Source: a virus (lineage: Duplodnaviria > Caudoviricetes). Taken from it: 54,714 nucleotides of DNA. The translations under genes were made by a program, and so were the position numbers. This document shows positions 1 to 8,282 of the stretch, piece by piece (position 1 is the first letter of the stretch; every line of letters starts with the position of its first letter). The DNA lies in IMG/VR virus record IMGVR_UViG_3300030329_002091, positions 1-54,714 of that record; one strand, given 5' to 3'. The notes beneath the pieces were generated by a model, which made no database searches, had not been told where the DNA came from, and saw only the letters and a program-made list of their open reading frames with translations.

Positions 1-58
1 ATTTACTCATAATTTTAATTTATTTATTTAAGTTTAACATTTATTTTATTCTCATATT

Positions 59-86
59 TATTATCCAATTCGTCTCGTATTTACAT
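59..86 (-). promoter_or_regulatory. Putative leftward phage promoter, copy 1 (minus strand ATGTAAATACGA-N7-TGGATAATA)
   Basis: Both boxes are repeated exactly at 265-292 with a different 7-nt spacer; lies upstream of a minus-strand ATG at 10-8. Confidence 0.55.
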
Positions 87-96
87 TGTAAAAGTA

Positions 97-206
97 TGTC
101 ATTTGTTTAGTTATAAATTTACATTGACTAGCACTGTCCGACTCGTCTGTGTGACTAACTGTCATTGACATTATGTCATTGTCATATTGTCATGACTTAT
201 TGTCAT
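97..206. repeat. Cluster of TGTCAT hexamers (6 copies) with inverted TGAC copies
   Basis: TGTCAT at 97, 160, 174, 180, 188, 201; perfect inverted repeat TGACAT-T-ATGTCA at 166-178. Confidence 0.75.
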
Positions 207-264
207 TGTAATTGTATTAAAGAACTGTAGAAAAAACGTGAAACATTCAAACGTCTTTCATATA

Positions 265-292
265 TATTATCCATTTGAATTCGTATTTACAT
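265..292 (-). promoter_or_regulatory. Putative leftward phage promoter, copy 2
   Basis: TATTATCCA-N7-TCGTATTTACAT, same boxes as 59-86. Confidence 0.55.
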
Positions 293-365
293 AGTATTTT
301 GAGATAAAAACGAAATGAAAAACGAAAAGATGATGGGGAGGCCCGATTTAGAATTCAGTTTTAAT

Positions 366-408
366 GGGGAAGAGGGGGGCCCGGGGGGTGGGGGTAACAC
401 TTAACCCC
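366..408 (+). other. G-rich tract with G-quadruplex potential plus GGGGT..ACCCC hairpin
   Basis: G runs of 4, 6, 6 and 5 at 366-394 in a very AT-rich background. Confidence 0.6.
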
Positions 409-533
409 AATATTTATAATATTTTTTTTGTGACATAAGCCTATTAATAAGGATAGAGTAACTAGCTAGTGTCACACTTTACTTAAATAATTATTTTTCC
501 ATGTAATTATTAGTATAACTAATAAACGAAATT

Positions 534-1175
534 ATGGCATTCAAAATGAAGGGATCGTACCATTACGGAAAGAACCCACTTAAACAAGAAGGGACTAAAG
601 AACAACAAAAAGGAGAAGAAGGTCCAATAGAGACTTACGCAGAGAAAATGAAAAAACGTGATTGGGAGGCTGGTAGCACGTTGGAAGAAGGAGATTACGC
701 TACGTATGGACAACAAGCTTATGATAAGAAAGGTAATAAAATTGACTTTGAAGATTTTGAAAGTACTGGTACTGTAAAAATCGATGATAAAGGTAGACCA
801 TACACTTATCATGGAACAGAAAAAATATACTTATCTTCTGCGGATGAAGAAGGACGTCCTCAATCTCCAACCAAACAAACGAAAAGTGGTAAAGGTAATA
901 TATTCACTAAGAAAGGTAGAATTCAGAGACTAGTAAACAAACATTATGAAACTCCCAAAGGTACAAAAAAGAGACAAAAACTTGCAAAAAAATTAGGAAA
1001 ACAGGGTGTTTTCGGCTATGGAGACGTAATGGAACATGGATTTTATCATGGTGGTGAACACAAAGACAGAGGGTATTACAAAGACACTGGCGTCAAGAAA
1101 TTTGTTCCTAATTTAAAATCCTACGATGCTAATCTTTTAGATGAAATAACTCCAAGAAAAAAATCTAAAAAATAA
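534..1175 (+). CDS. Lys-rich leader-family protein (MAFKMKG leader; two modules after NPLKQ and SPTKQ)
   Basis: 213 aa ORF; leader nearly identical to that of 1767; second module shared with ORF 8279. Confidence 0.85.
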   Translation: MAFKMKGSYHYGKNPLKQEGTKEQQKGEEGPIETYAEKMKKRDWEAGSTLEEGDYATYGQQAYDKKGNKIDFEDFESTGTVKIDDKGRPYTYHGTEKIYLSSADEEGRPQSPTKQTKSGKGNIFTKKGRIQRLVNKHYETPKGTKKRQKLAKKLGKQGVFGYGDVMEHGFYHGGEHKDRGYYKDTGVKKFVPNLKSYDANLLDEITPRKKSKK

Positions 1176-1181
1176 AACAGT

Positions 1182-1442
1182 ATGATATATCAAAAATTAC
1201 CGGGTATATATAGAGTAGAATCTCCAGTTAAACAAGAAGATAAAAAAACAAAGAGATTAGAAAAGAAATTAGATAAATTATCTAAAAAAGCATACAAGAG
1301 CCAACGTAAAGGATTTAAAATGTCCGGTATGAATAACTATATGGAATACATGGCAAAAGGAGAGCATTCTAGAAGAACAAAAAAACTACATAAAAAGTTT
1401 GATAAAATAGAAGAGAAATTACACGAACATTTAGACAAATAA
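1182..1442 (+). CDS. Small basic protein with 18-aa leader ending SPVKQ
   Basis: 86 aa ORF, tightly packed with neighbours. Confidence 0.8.
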   Translation: MIYQKLPGIYRVESPVKQEDKKTKRLEKKLDKLSKKAYKSQRKGFKMSGMNNYMEYMAKGEHSRRTKKLHKKFDKIEEKLHEHLDK

Positions 1443-1443
1443 T

Positions 1444-1749
1444 ATGGCGTATAAAATGAAAGGTCCAGCTTTTTTTAAATCAGCTTTAAAGCATAGCAAA
1501 GACGTAAAGCATAATAAACAATTTGGTCCAGGTCATGATTGGACAGCTGTTTCAACTGGATCGGAACCAAAAACTATACACGAGGCTCCTGGTCCAGAGA
1601 GTTCTCCAACAAAGTTTTTAGAAGCTTCTGATCAAGAAAGTTTCTTAGAAGGTGGAGATTGGGACTCTTTTAAGTACCCGTTAAAAAAGAAAAAGTTAAA
1701 ACAAAACGTGCCTGATGAAACACTGAAAGCACAAGTTAGGTCAATATAA
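1444..1749 (+). CDS. Leader-family protein (MAYKMKG...SALKH)
   Basis: 101 aa ORF with the shared leader. Confidence 0.8.
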   Translation: MAYKMKGPAFFKSALKHSKDVKHNKQFGPGHDWTAVSTGSEPKTIHEAPGPESSPTKFLEASDQESFLEGGDWDSFKYPLKKKKLKQNVPDETLKAQVRSI

Positions 1750-1766
1750 ATAAAACTATAGATAAT

Positions 1767-2090
1767 ATGGCATTTAAGATGAAAGGATCTCACCACTATG
1801 GGAAGAATCCATTAAAACATGTAGGTAGAGGCGCTCCATGGTGGGGATTAAATAAAGGAAATGAAGATCCAATATTCCATCCACATCCTCACGGATCTGA
1901 GGGACATATAGTAAGAGGCGCAAAAGCTATTGGTAAAGCTGGTAAAGCTGTTGGTAAGGCTGGAAAGTGGGTTGGTAGAGGAGTTGAGAAAGCCTGGAGA
2001 AATAGACCTAAAATGAAAATTCGCCTTAAAGGCGGTGGACGAGGAGGATACGAAATGGGTCCTGGCGGAAGAGGAGGTTGGAGAGGATAG
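1767..2090 (+). CDS. Leader-family Gly/Lys/Arg-rich protein (MAFKMKG...NPLKH)
   Basis: 107 aa ORF, GKA repeats, RGG-rich tail. Confidence 0.8.
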   Translation: MAFKMKGSHHYGKNPLKHVGRGAPWWGLNKGNEDPIFHPHPHGSEGHIVRGAKAIGKAGKAVGKAGKWVGRGVEKAWRNRPKMKIRLKGGGRGGYEMGPGGRGGWRG

Positions 2091-2091
2091 T

Positions 2092-2832
2092 ATGGCTTAT
2101 AAACAAAAACCACCATTATTTTTTAAGACTAGTATAAAAGGCTATAGAAAAGACTCGCCAGATAAAAATGAACCTCAACTCAAAATACCTAGTAATAAAA
2201 TTACAATGAAAGGAGTTGATCATAAAGTACATGGCAAAGACAATCTTGGCAACGAAAAAATAATGAAACCAGGTAAAAATTATGAGTTTCCAGGTGACTA
2301 TGTAATAGAAACTCCGTTAGCACAACATCAAACAGCTGATTTAATAGGATCCGAAGGTGGTGGAGGAACAAAAGATAAAACACAATCTCAACTACTATTA
2401 GATAGACAAAAAGAAAAACTAAATAAAACAGGTACATGGAGTGATACTCCTATACAATCACCTACGTTACAAGTTGATTGCGATGAAAGATTTAAAGGTA
2501 GTTGTAAACCAACTAGAAAACAAAAAAGAAAAAGTAATAAACTAAGGCGTAAGAAAAAAGGCACAAATTTCAGATCTCGAGTAAATAAAGTAACTGACTT
2601 TATAGGATTGACAGATCACGAGGATGATGGAACTATAATCAGTAGAGCAGTAGATAAAAGAAAAGATAAACGTACAAGAATTCCAGACGGATATAGAGCT
2701 AACCCAAATTGGCATCCTAATTGTGGTTGCGTAAAATTTCTGCCAATAAAAGGGCCGGATATAGTTAATCCTCGAGAACTTAACGATCGGTGGGAAAGCA
2801 GGAAAAAATGGGTAAAAAAATGGAGAGAATAA
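2092..2832 (+). CDS. Leader-family protein (MAYKQK...), basic; start revised from 2035 to 2092
   Basis: ATG at 2092 follows the TAG of the previous gene and yields the family leader; internal TPLAQ motif. Confidence 0.8.
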   Translation: MAYKQKPPLFFKTSIKGYRKDSPDKNEPQLKIPSNKITMKGVDHKVHGKDNLGNEKIMKPGKNYEFPGDYVIETPLAQHQTADLIGSEGGGGTKDKTQSQLLLDRQKEKLNKTGTWSDTPIQSPTLQVDCDERFKGSCKPTRKQKRKSNKLRRKKKGTNFRSRVNKVTDFIGLTDHEDDGTIISRAVDKRKDKRTRIPDGYRANPNWHPNCGCVKFLPIKGPDIVNPRELNDRWESRKKWVKKWRE

Positions 2833-2862
2833 TTAATTAATTAATAAATAAAAACAAAAAAA

Positions 2863-3465
2863 ATGGCATTTAAAATGAAAGGAAGTCCTATGAAGAGAAA
2901 CTTCGGAATAGGAGCTTCACCAGTAAAACAAAAAACATGGCCTGGTAAACCGGACCCTACTAAGGAAACACCAGAGCAAGCAGCAAAAAGAAAAGAGACT
3001 TTTAAGAAAGCTTTTGAGAAATCTAAAAAGAAAGGAGGAAAGAAAGATTTTAAAGATATGAAACCAGGTGATCTTGGAATATGGGGAGATAAAATACCTC
3101 CATTAAAACAAAGAACAACAACCACTTATACTGATGAAGATTTAGAAGGTGGCGAGAAAAAAGTTACAACCGTAAAAGGTAGAGAAAACAAAAAAGGACA
3201 ATCTCAAAGTGATGTTATGAATATGAGATGGAAAAAGTATCAAGACGCGTGGAAAGATTTAAATGCTCTTGGTGAAAAAATTACAAAATATGGAAAAGAT
3301 AAGTGGCGAATGTTATCTGACAAAAAACAAAAGGAAATAATAGCTGATTTAGAAAGAAGAGAACAATCGGTTAAAGACATGAGAAAAGATTTTGTTCACT
3401 CTGCTGACTCTATTGGTACAAGAAACATAATGATGGATAAAGCGGCTGATTCAGACTGGGATTAA
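2863..3465 (+). CDS. Leader-family protein (MAFKMKG...SPVKQ; internal PPLKQ)
   Basis: 200 aa ORF with A-rich upstream region. Confidence 0.85.
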   Translation: MAFKMKGSPMKRNFGIGASPVKQKTWPGKPDPTKETPEQAAKRKETFKKAFEKSKKKGGKKDFKDMKPGDLGIWGDKIPPLKQRTTTTYTDEDLEGGEKKVTTVKGRENKKGQSQSDVMNMRWKKYQDAWKDLNALGEKITKYGKDKWRMLSDKKQKEIIADLERREQSVKDMRKDFVHSADSIGTRNIMMDKAADSDWD

Positions 3466-3503
3466 ACAATAAAAAACCAAATATTAACCTAAAATAAAAC
3501 CAA

Positions 3504-3797
3504 ATGACTTATTTGTATTACAAGTCCAGTACATATAATACTGGCAACCAAAAACCGAATGAAAAAACTATTAACCAATGGAAGCATCTTTCAGAAAAGA
3601 AAAACTGGAGGATTACTCAACTACCTAATGGTTTCTACCAAACAGAATGCTCAAATCCTGAAAACGAGGAATGGCACGCTGTTACAAGAAGAGAAACAAT
3701 AGAAGGTGCAGAAGCAGCAATAAATGGAAGCATCGACCATTTCTCTAAAAAGTTAGAAGCTATAAAAGGACCAAAAGTAGTTAAAACATTTAAGTAA
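3504..3797 (+). CDS. Hypothetical protein
   Basis: 97 aa ORF directly upstream of groEL. Confidence 0.8.
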   Translation: MTYLYYKSSTYNTGNQKPNEKTINQWKHLSEKKNWRITQLPNGFYQTECSNPENEEWHAVTRRETIEGAEAAINGSIDHFSKKLEAIKGPKVVKTFK

Positions 3798-3817
3798 TAA
3801 CAATTTAATTTAATTTA

Positions 3818-5383
3818 ATGGAATATAATCAACCTAGCGAAATCGTCAAGGATTTAAACTTTGGTGATAACGCAAAACAACGAATAATAAAAGGCGTAGA
3901 GAAACTAGCTAATGCTGTTTCGTCTACCTTAGGAGCTTCTGGTAAATGTGTAATTTACGAAGATGCTTTAGGTAAACCGGTTATCACAAAAGACGGAGTA
4001 ACAGTAGCAGAATCTGTTGTCTTATACGATCCGGTTGAAAACATGGGTGCTACTTTAATTAAAGAAGCAGCTAGAAATACAGTGAAAGAAGCAGGTGATG
4101 GTACCACAACGGCTACCGTCCTTGCTGAAGCACTTATTAAAGAAGTTAATAGACAAGAAAAAGAAGGATCTATTAGAGAAGTAAAGAAAGGAATAAATTC
4201 TGGCCTTAAAAAAGTAAATACATATTTAGACTCTATAAAAATAAACATAGAAGGAGACATGTTAAACAACGTATCTTCTATTAGTTGTAATAATGATGTA
4301 GAGTTAGGAACTATAATCGCTAATGCTTACAATAAAGTTGGGAAAGATGGCGTTGTTTTAATGGAAGAATCAGAAACAAACGAAACTTATATAGATGTGG
4401 TTGATGGCGTACAGATTGAATGTGGTCTTACTTCTCCACATTTTATAACTGATAATGAGAAACAAAGATGTATATTAGAGAATTCGCTTGTTTTAATAGT
4501 AGCTTCTGAAATACCTAATGTTAGAAAAATACAAAATATATTAGAATTTGCAATAAAAAATAACCGATCTTTACTAATAGTTGCTCAAGTTAGTCAACAA
4601 GTAAAATCGGCACTTTTAATGAACAAAGTTAAAGGGAATATCAAGGTCAACATAGTTGACTTGCCGGGTTTTGGACCAACAAAACAAGATACTATTAAAG
4701 ATTTAGCAATTTTAACTGGCGCTGAAGTAATAAATGAAGAATTAGGTGATGATTTAGACGGAATATCACTAAACGTACTTGGGGAAATTGAAAAATCAGT
4801 TACAGACAGTAAAAACACTGTAATTGCTTTAGAAAAAACTGTCGAAGACGTAAAAGAACGTATAAAAGAAGTACAAAAACTACACAAAAAAGAGAAAAAC
4901 CCATTTCTAAAAAAGAAAATAGAACAAAGAATAGCTATGTTATCTGGTTCTGTTGGAATTATACGTGTAGGAGCTGATTCTAAGGTAGAATTAAAAGAAA
5001 AGAAAGATAGAGTTGAGGATGCTATATACGCTACAAAAGCGGCCCTGAAAGAAGGTATCGTCCCAGGTGGTGGTATTGCGCTACTCAATGCGTCTCAAGT
5101 TATAGATAGTGAAAATGTTGGAGAAAAAATACTTTTAAAAGCTATAAAATCACCTTTTGAAACAATAATTGACAATGCTGGCTTTACACAAGTAGCGCCT
5201 AGACCAGAAAAAGGATTAGGAATTGACGTTGTAACTGGGGAAAGTGTAAATATGATAGAAAAAGGGATTATTGATCCTGTATTAGTAACAAAAACCGCCT
5301 TAAAAAATGCCGTAAGTGTGGTTTCAACTATAATTTCTGCTGATTGTGTAATTTCAAATAGAAGAATCAATGAAAGCAGTTAA
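3818..5383 (+). CDS. groEL: Phage-encoded chaperonin GroEL (Cpn60)
   Basis: ITKDGVTVA, AGDGTTTATVLA, KDRVEDA, GIVPGGG and GIIDP motifs; no GGM tail. Confidence 0.97.
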   Translation: MEYNQPSEIVKDLNFGDNAKQRIIKGVEKLANAVSSTLGASGKCVIYEDALGKPVITKDGVTVAESVVLYDPVENMGATLIKEAARNTVKEAGDGTTTATVLAEALIKEVNRQEKEGSIREVKKGINSGLKKVNTYLDSIKINIEGDMLNNVSSISCNNDVELGTIIANAYNKVGKDGVVLMEESETNETYIDVVDGVQIECGLTSPHFITDNEKQRCILENSLVLIVASEIPNVRKIQNILEFAIKNNRSLLIVAQVSQQVKSALLMNKVKGNIKVNIVDLPGFGPTKQDTIKDLAILTGAEVINEELGDDLDGISLNVLGEIEKSVTDSKNTVIALEKTVEDVKERIKEVQKLHKKEKNPFLKKKIEQRIAMLSGSVGIIRVGADSKVELKEKKDRVEDAIYATKAALKEGIVPGGGIALLNASQVIDSENVGEKILLKAIKSPFETIIDNAGFTQVAPRPEKGLGIDVVTGESVNMIEKGIIDPVLVTKTALKNAVSVVSTIISADCVISNRRINESS

Positions 5384-5627
5384 TTACTATCTTATAATAG
5401 AAAAAGTTAAAGAAGGACCTAAAAAAGTAGGTGGATTAATTTTAACAGATGAAATCAACGAAGATAATAGATATACAAAAGCTAAAGTTATATCTATTGG
5501 TAGTAATGTCGAGGGGATAAAGCAAGACGATATTATCTACTACGATAAACACGCTGAACACGGGATTCAGCATAAAGATAAATTTTACCATGTTATAAAG
5601 CAAGCAGACGTGGTTTTAATAGATTAA
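5370..5627 (+). CDS. groES: Co-chaperonin GroES (Cpn10)
   Basis: 85 aa; GGLIL mobile loop, AKVISIG; overlaps the groEL stop. Confidence 0.9.
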   Translation: MKAVNYYLIIEKVKEGPKKVGGLILTDEINEDNRYTKAKVISIGSNVEGIKQDDIIYYDKHAEHGIQHKDKFYHVIKQADVVLID

Positions 5628-5628
5628 A

Positions 5629-6048
5629 ATGGAAAGATATATAGTTTTTTACGCTAGCGCGGTAGATTCATCTTCTTTAACCGCTCATGATTCTGGAACA
5701 GATGTAGATTTAGGATGCTTTAAAGTATCTAATATCACAGCTATTATGGGCGAAGAAGATATGGTTTATATATATTTCAAAAACTCCGGTAGATTTGAAG
5801 AAGGAGCTCATCCATTTGTTGGTGGATCCGCTGCTGAGATAATGGAACAATCATTCGTTAGATTAACGGTTGCCGAAGGAAAAGAAATAGACGTTGTTAA
5901 TGACTTAGCGACGCTTTTCGGAGATACTAAACATAAACATGGAGGTAAAATATTATTTGATGCTGTAAACAACACTTGGCCAATAAGTAATGTAACAGCT
6001 ATTCAAATTAGAAGACACTTAACGACGCACACAATAGCGTCTGATTAG
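5629..6048 (+). CDS. Hypothetical protein, probable paralog of 6123-6506
   Basis: 139 aa; similar start and residue pattern. Confidence 0.75.
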   Translation: MERYIVFYASAVDSSSLTAHDSGTDVDLGCFKVSNITAIMGEEDMVYIYFKNSGRFEEGAHPFVGGSAAEIMEQSFVRLTVAEGKEIDVVNDLATLFGDTKHKHGGKILFDAVNNTWPISNVTAIQIRRHLTTHTIASD

Positions 6049-6122
6049 ACCCAAACCAAAAACCCAAACCTTAAAACGCAAAACGACAATTAACCTAATT
6101 ATTAACAAAAAAATTTAAAACA

Positions 6123-6506
6123 ATGGAAAAATACTTGTATTTTAGAGGAACTGCTGGTGTTGCAGGTGATCAAGATGAAACTTCTGGATCTGTAATGTGG
6201 CCAGTTTCAGCTATCCGTGGAATATCCGCTGGTGATGCTCAAGCTTCAGGATCTATAACTGATGATGACGATAGATTTACAATCTTCTTCAACACTATGG
6301 TAAATGATACTGATGCTGTTGATCATGTTGTTCTAGATGTGACTTCTGGTAACTTTGACTTTAAAACTCTTTTCGAAGAGATATTAATGCACATCAATGG
6401 TGGTCCTAATGCTACTGGTATGATAACAGTTTACGATGGCGTTACTTCAACTGGTCTTACTGGTATCACTGGAATACATCAAGTAACAAAAGCTGATGTT
6501 GACTAA
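6123..6506 (+). CDS. Hypothetical (possibly virion) protein
   Basis: 127 aa, acidic and Gly/Thr-rich. Confidence 0.75.
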   Translation: MEKYLYFRGTAGVAGDQDETSGSVMWPVSAIRGISAGDAQASGSITDDDDRFTIFFNTMVNDTDAVDHVVLDVTSGNFDFKTLFEEILMHINGGPNATGMITVYDGVTSTGLTGITGIHQVTKADVD

Positions 6507-6512
6507 TCTTGA

Positions 6513-6953
6513 ATGAGATTAACCGCGCAAGATCTGCGTGAAATGAATATCCTTAAGTATTACAGGCTCACACGAAAGTGGGCTTGTAAGACTTACGGGT
6601 TAACAGATGCAGATTTAGAATTATTAATTTATTTAGATTGTAAAGAAAGATTTACACGACAAGAGTTTATAGATGGTGTTTATACCATGAGTTGGGATAA
6701 AAACCGTTGGGAAAGACTAAGAAGAAAAGGCTGGATAGAAGTTTGGAGGCATAGAAATCGCACTACAATAAAATACTCTGTGTTTAAAACGTCGTTTCAG
6801 TGTTCTCAGTTAATAAGTAGAATATATAGGATACTTTTAGGTGAAGAAGATTTGCCCACATCAGAAAGAAGTATTTTTTTTAATAATAAATCATATACAG
6901 ATAAAGTTTATAATAAAGCTATAGATGATATGATAAAAGACAAAACAAGATGA
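6513..6953 (+). CDS. Putative winged-helix DNA-binding protein
   Basis: GLTDADLELLIYL...RLRRKGWI resembles a MarR-like wHTH. Confidence 0.55.
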   Translation: MRLTAQDLREMNILKYYRLTRKWACKTYGLTDADLELLIYLDCKERFTRQEFIDGVYTMSWDKNRWERLRRKGWIEVWRHRNRTTIKYSVFKTSFQCSQLISRIYRILLGEEDLPTSERSIFFNNKSYTDKVYNKAIDDMIKDKTR

Positions 6954-7135
6954 CTACAGTAAAAAATATGGCTTATTGGAGAGCTAAAAATAATTGTAAA
7001 GCAGATGGTTCGTATGATGGTGGAAGCTTAAAAGCTAAAAGATCACCAATGAAAAATTATAAAAATCCACAAGATTACGAAATTTTTAACATGGGTAACA
7101 AAGCTACACCTGTAAAAAAGAAGAAAAAATATTAA
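6950..7135 (+). CDS. Small basic protein with SPMK motif
   Basis: 61 aa, ATGA overlap with the upstream gene. Confidence 0.65.
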   Translation: MTTVKNMAYWRAKNNCKADGSYDGGSLKAKRSPMKNYKNPQDYEIFNMGNKATPVKKKKKY

Positions 7136-7921
7136 ATGGCTTATAGACAAAAAAAACCTACATTTTTTGGAAGTGCTTTAAAACAATATTATAGTTACGA
7201 AAACGAATCTAAAACAGAAATATCTAAAGAAGAGTTTATAAAGCAATCAAATAGCCTTAAGCATGTTGGTGCTGAAGGTAAGGCTGCTATTGACCTTTGG
7301 AAATCTTCTTTAATGGGTAAAACTGGTATACATGAAATAGACGCAATGTCTAAACATGATAAACAAAACGAGTATTCAAGAGTATTAAAAAAATACCAAA
7401 CTCCTAAAGAAAATCTTACTAAAGAAGAAATGGACAACGCTAAAGAAGTGTCTCCAACAAAAAGTTTAGATGATATGATACTATCAGGCGCTGGAAAAAT
7501 AGGTACACATAAATATACTTCTGGCTCTAGATCTTATAGAGGAACTTGGGACGTAGACACAATGATGAATAAGCCACCAAAGAAAGATGACTTAATAGAT
7601 AAAAACGGTGGGGACGATAAAGACAATGGAGGTGGAGACGGCTCGAATGGAGGTGGTATAAAAAAACCTAATTTTGGAAAATTAAAATTTCCTAAATTTA
7701 AGAAAAATACAAACTCTAAACAAAAACAATATATCACAACAGCTTGTCCTGTTTTTGGAGAACCAGGTTCGGCTAGTTACAGAGCTGGTATGTTAGAAAA
7801 TAAACGTAGTATGTCTAAAGCAGATTGGAAAATATTTAAAAGACAACAGAGAGATAAACATAAAAAAGGAAAAGGACACAAAGGTCTTTTTGGTGATCTC
7901 CAAAGAAACACAATGATATAG
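7136..7921 (+). CDS. Leader-family protein (MAYRQK...SALKQ) with RGTWDVD module
   Basis: 261 aa; leader resembles those of 1444 and 2092. Confidence 0.8.
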   Translation: MAYRQKKPTFFGSALKQYYSYENESKTEISKEEFIKQSNSLKHVGAEGKAAIDLWKSSLMGKTGIHEIDAMSKHDKQNEYSRVLKKYQTPKENLTKEEMDNAKEVSPTKSLDDMILSGAGKIGTHKYTSGSRSYRGTWDVDTMMNKPPKKDDLIDKNGGDDKDNGGGDGSNGGGIKKPNFGKLKFPKFKKNTNSKQKQYITTACPVFGEPGSASYRAGMLENKRSMSKADWKIFKRQQRDKHKKGKGHKGLFGDLQRNTMI

Positions 7922-7922
7922 T

Positions 7923-8282
7923 ATGGGATATAAAATGGGATCACAATCCAGAACACCCTGGAAAGTAATAAAAAAGAAATTAGGACACGGTATATTAGGA
8001 GAAGCAAATAACGATGGTACTATATTCGTAGATAAAAGTATACCAAGTGGAAGTAAAAAAGAAAAAGAAGTTGTTGCTCATGAAGGAAAACATATGGATG
8101 ATATGCAATCTGGAGTTTTAGCTTATGGAGATGACTTTATTAGATATAAAAACAAAACATACCATAGAAAAGATGGTAAAATAAATTATAACGGCAATTG
8201 GCTTCCAGAAGGTAGCAAACAATTCCCTTGGGAAAAAGTGGCTTACAAAGAAGGTAATAAAGCAAAAAATCAAAATTCATGA
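7923..8282 (+). CDS. Small zincin-like metallopeptidase (HExxH)
   Basis: VVAHEGKH preceded by G-x-A-x-x-x-G-T-I-F-V and followed by PWEKVAY (candidate third ligand Glu); starts MGYKMG. Confidence 0.7.
   Translation: MGYKMGSQSRTPWKVIKKKLGHGILGEANNDGTIFVDKSIPSGSKKEKEVVAHEGKHMDDMQSGVLAYGDDFIRYKNKTYHRKDGKINYNGNWLPEGSKQFPWEKVAYKEGNKAKNQNS

Noticed and set aside
59-292. CRISPR array
   Set aside because: Only two imperfect repeats about 200 nt apart, with no regular spacers and no cas genes.
534-3465. RiPP (bacteriocin) precursor cluster or Sec signal peptides
   Set aside because: The leaders lack a hydrophobic core or double-Gly site, and no modifying enzymes or transporter are present; the context is virion morphogenesis.
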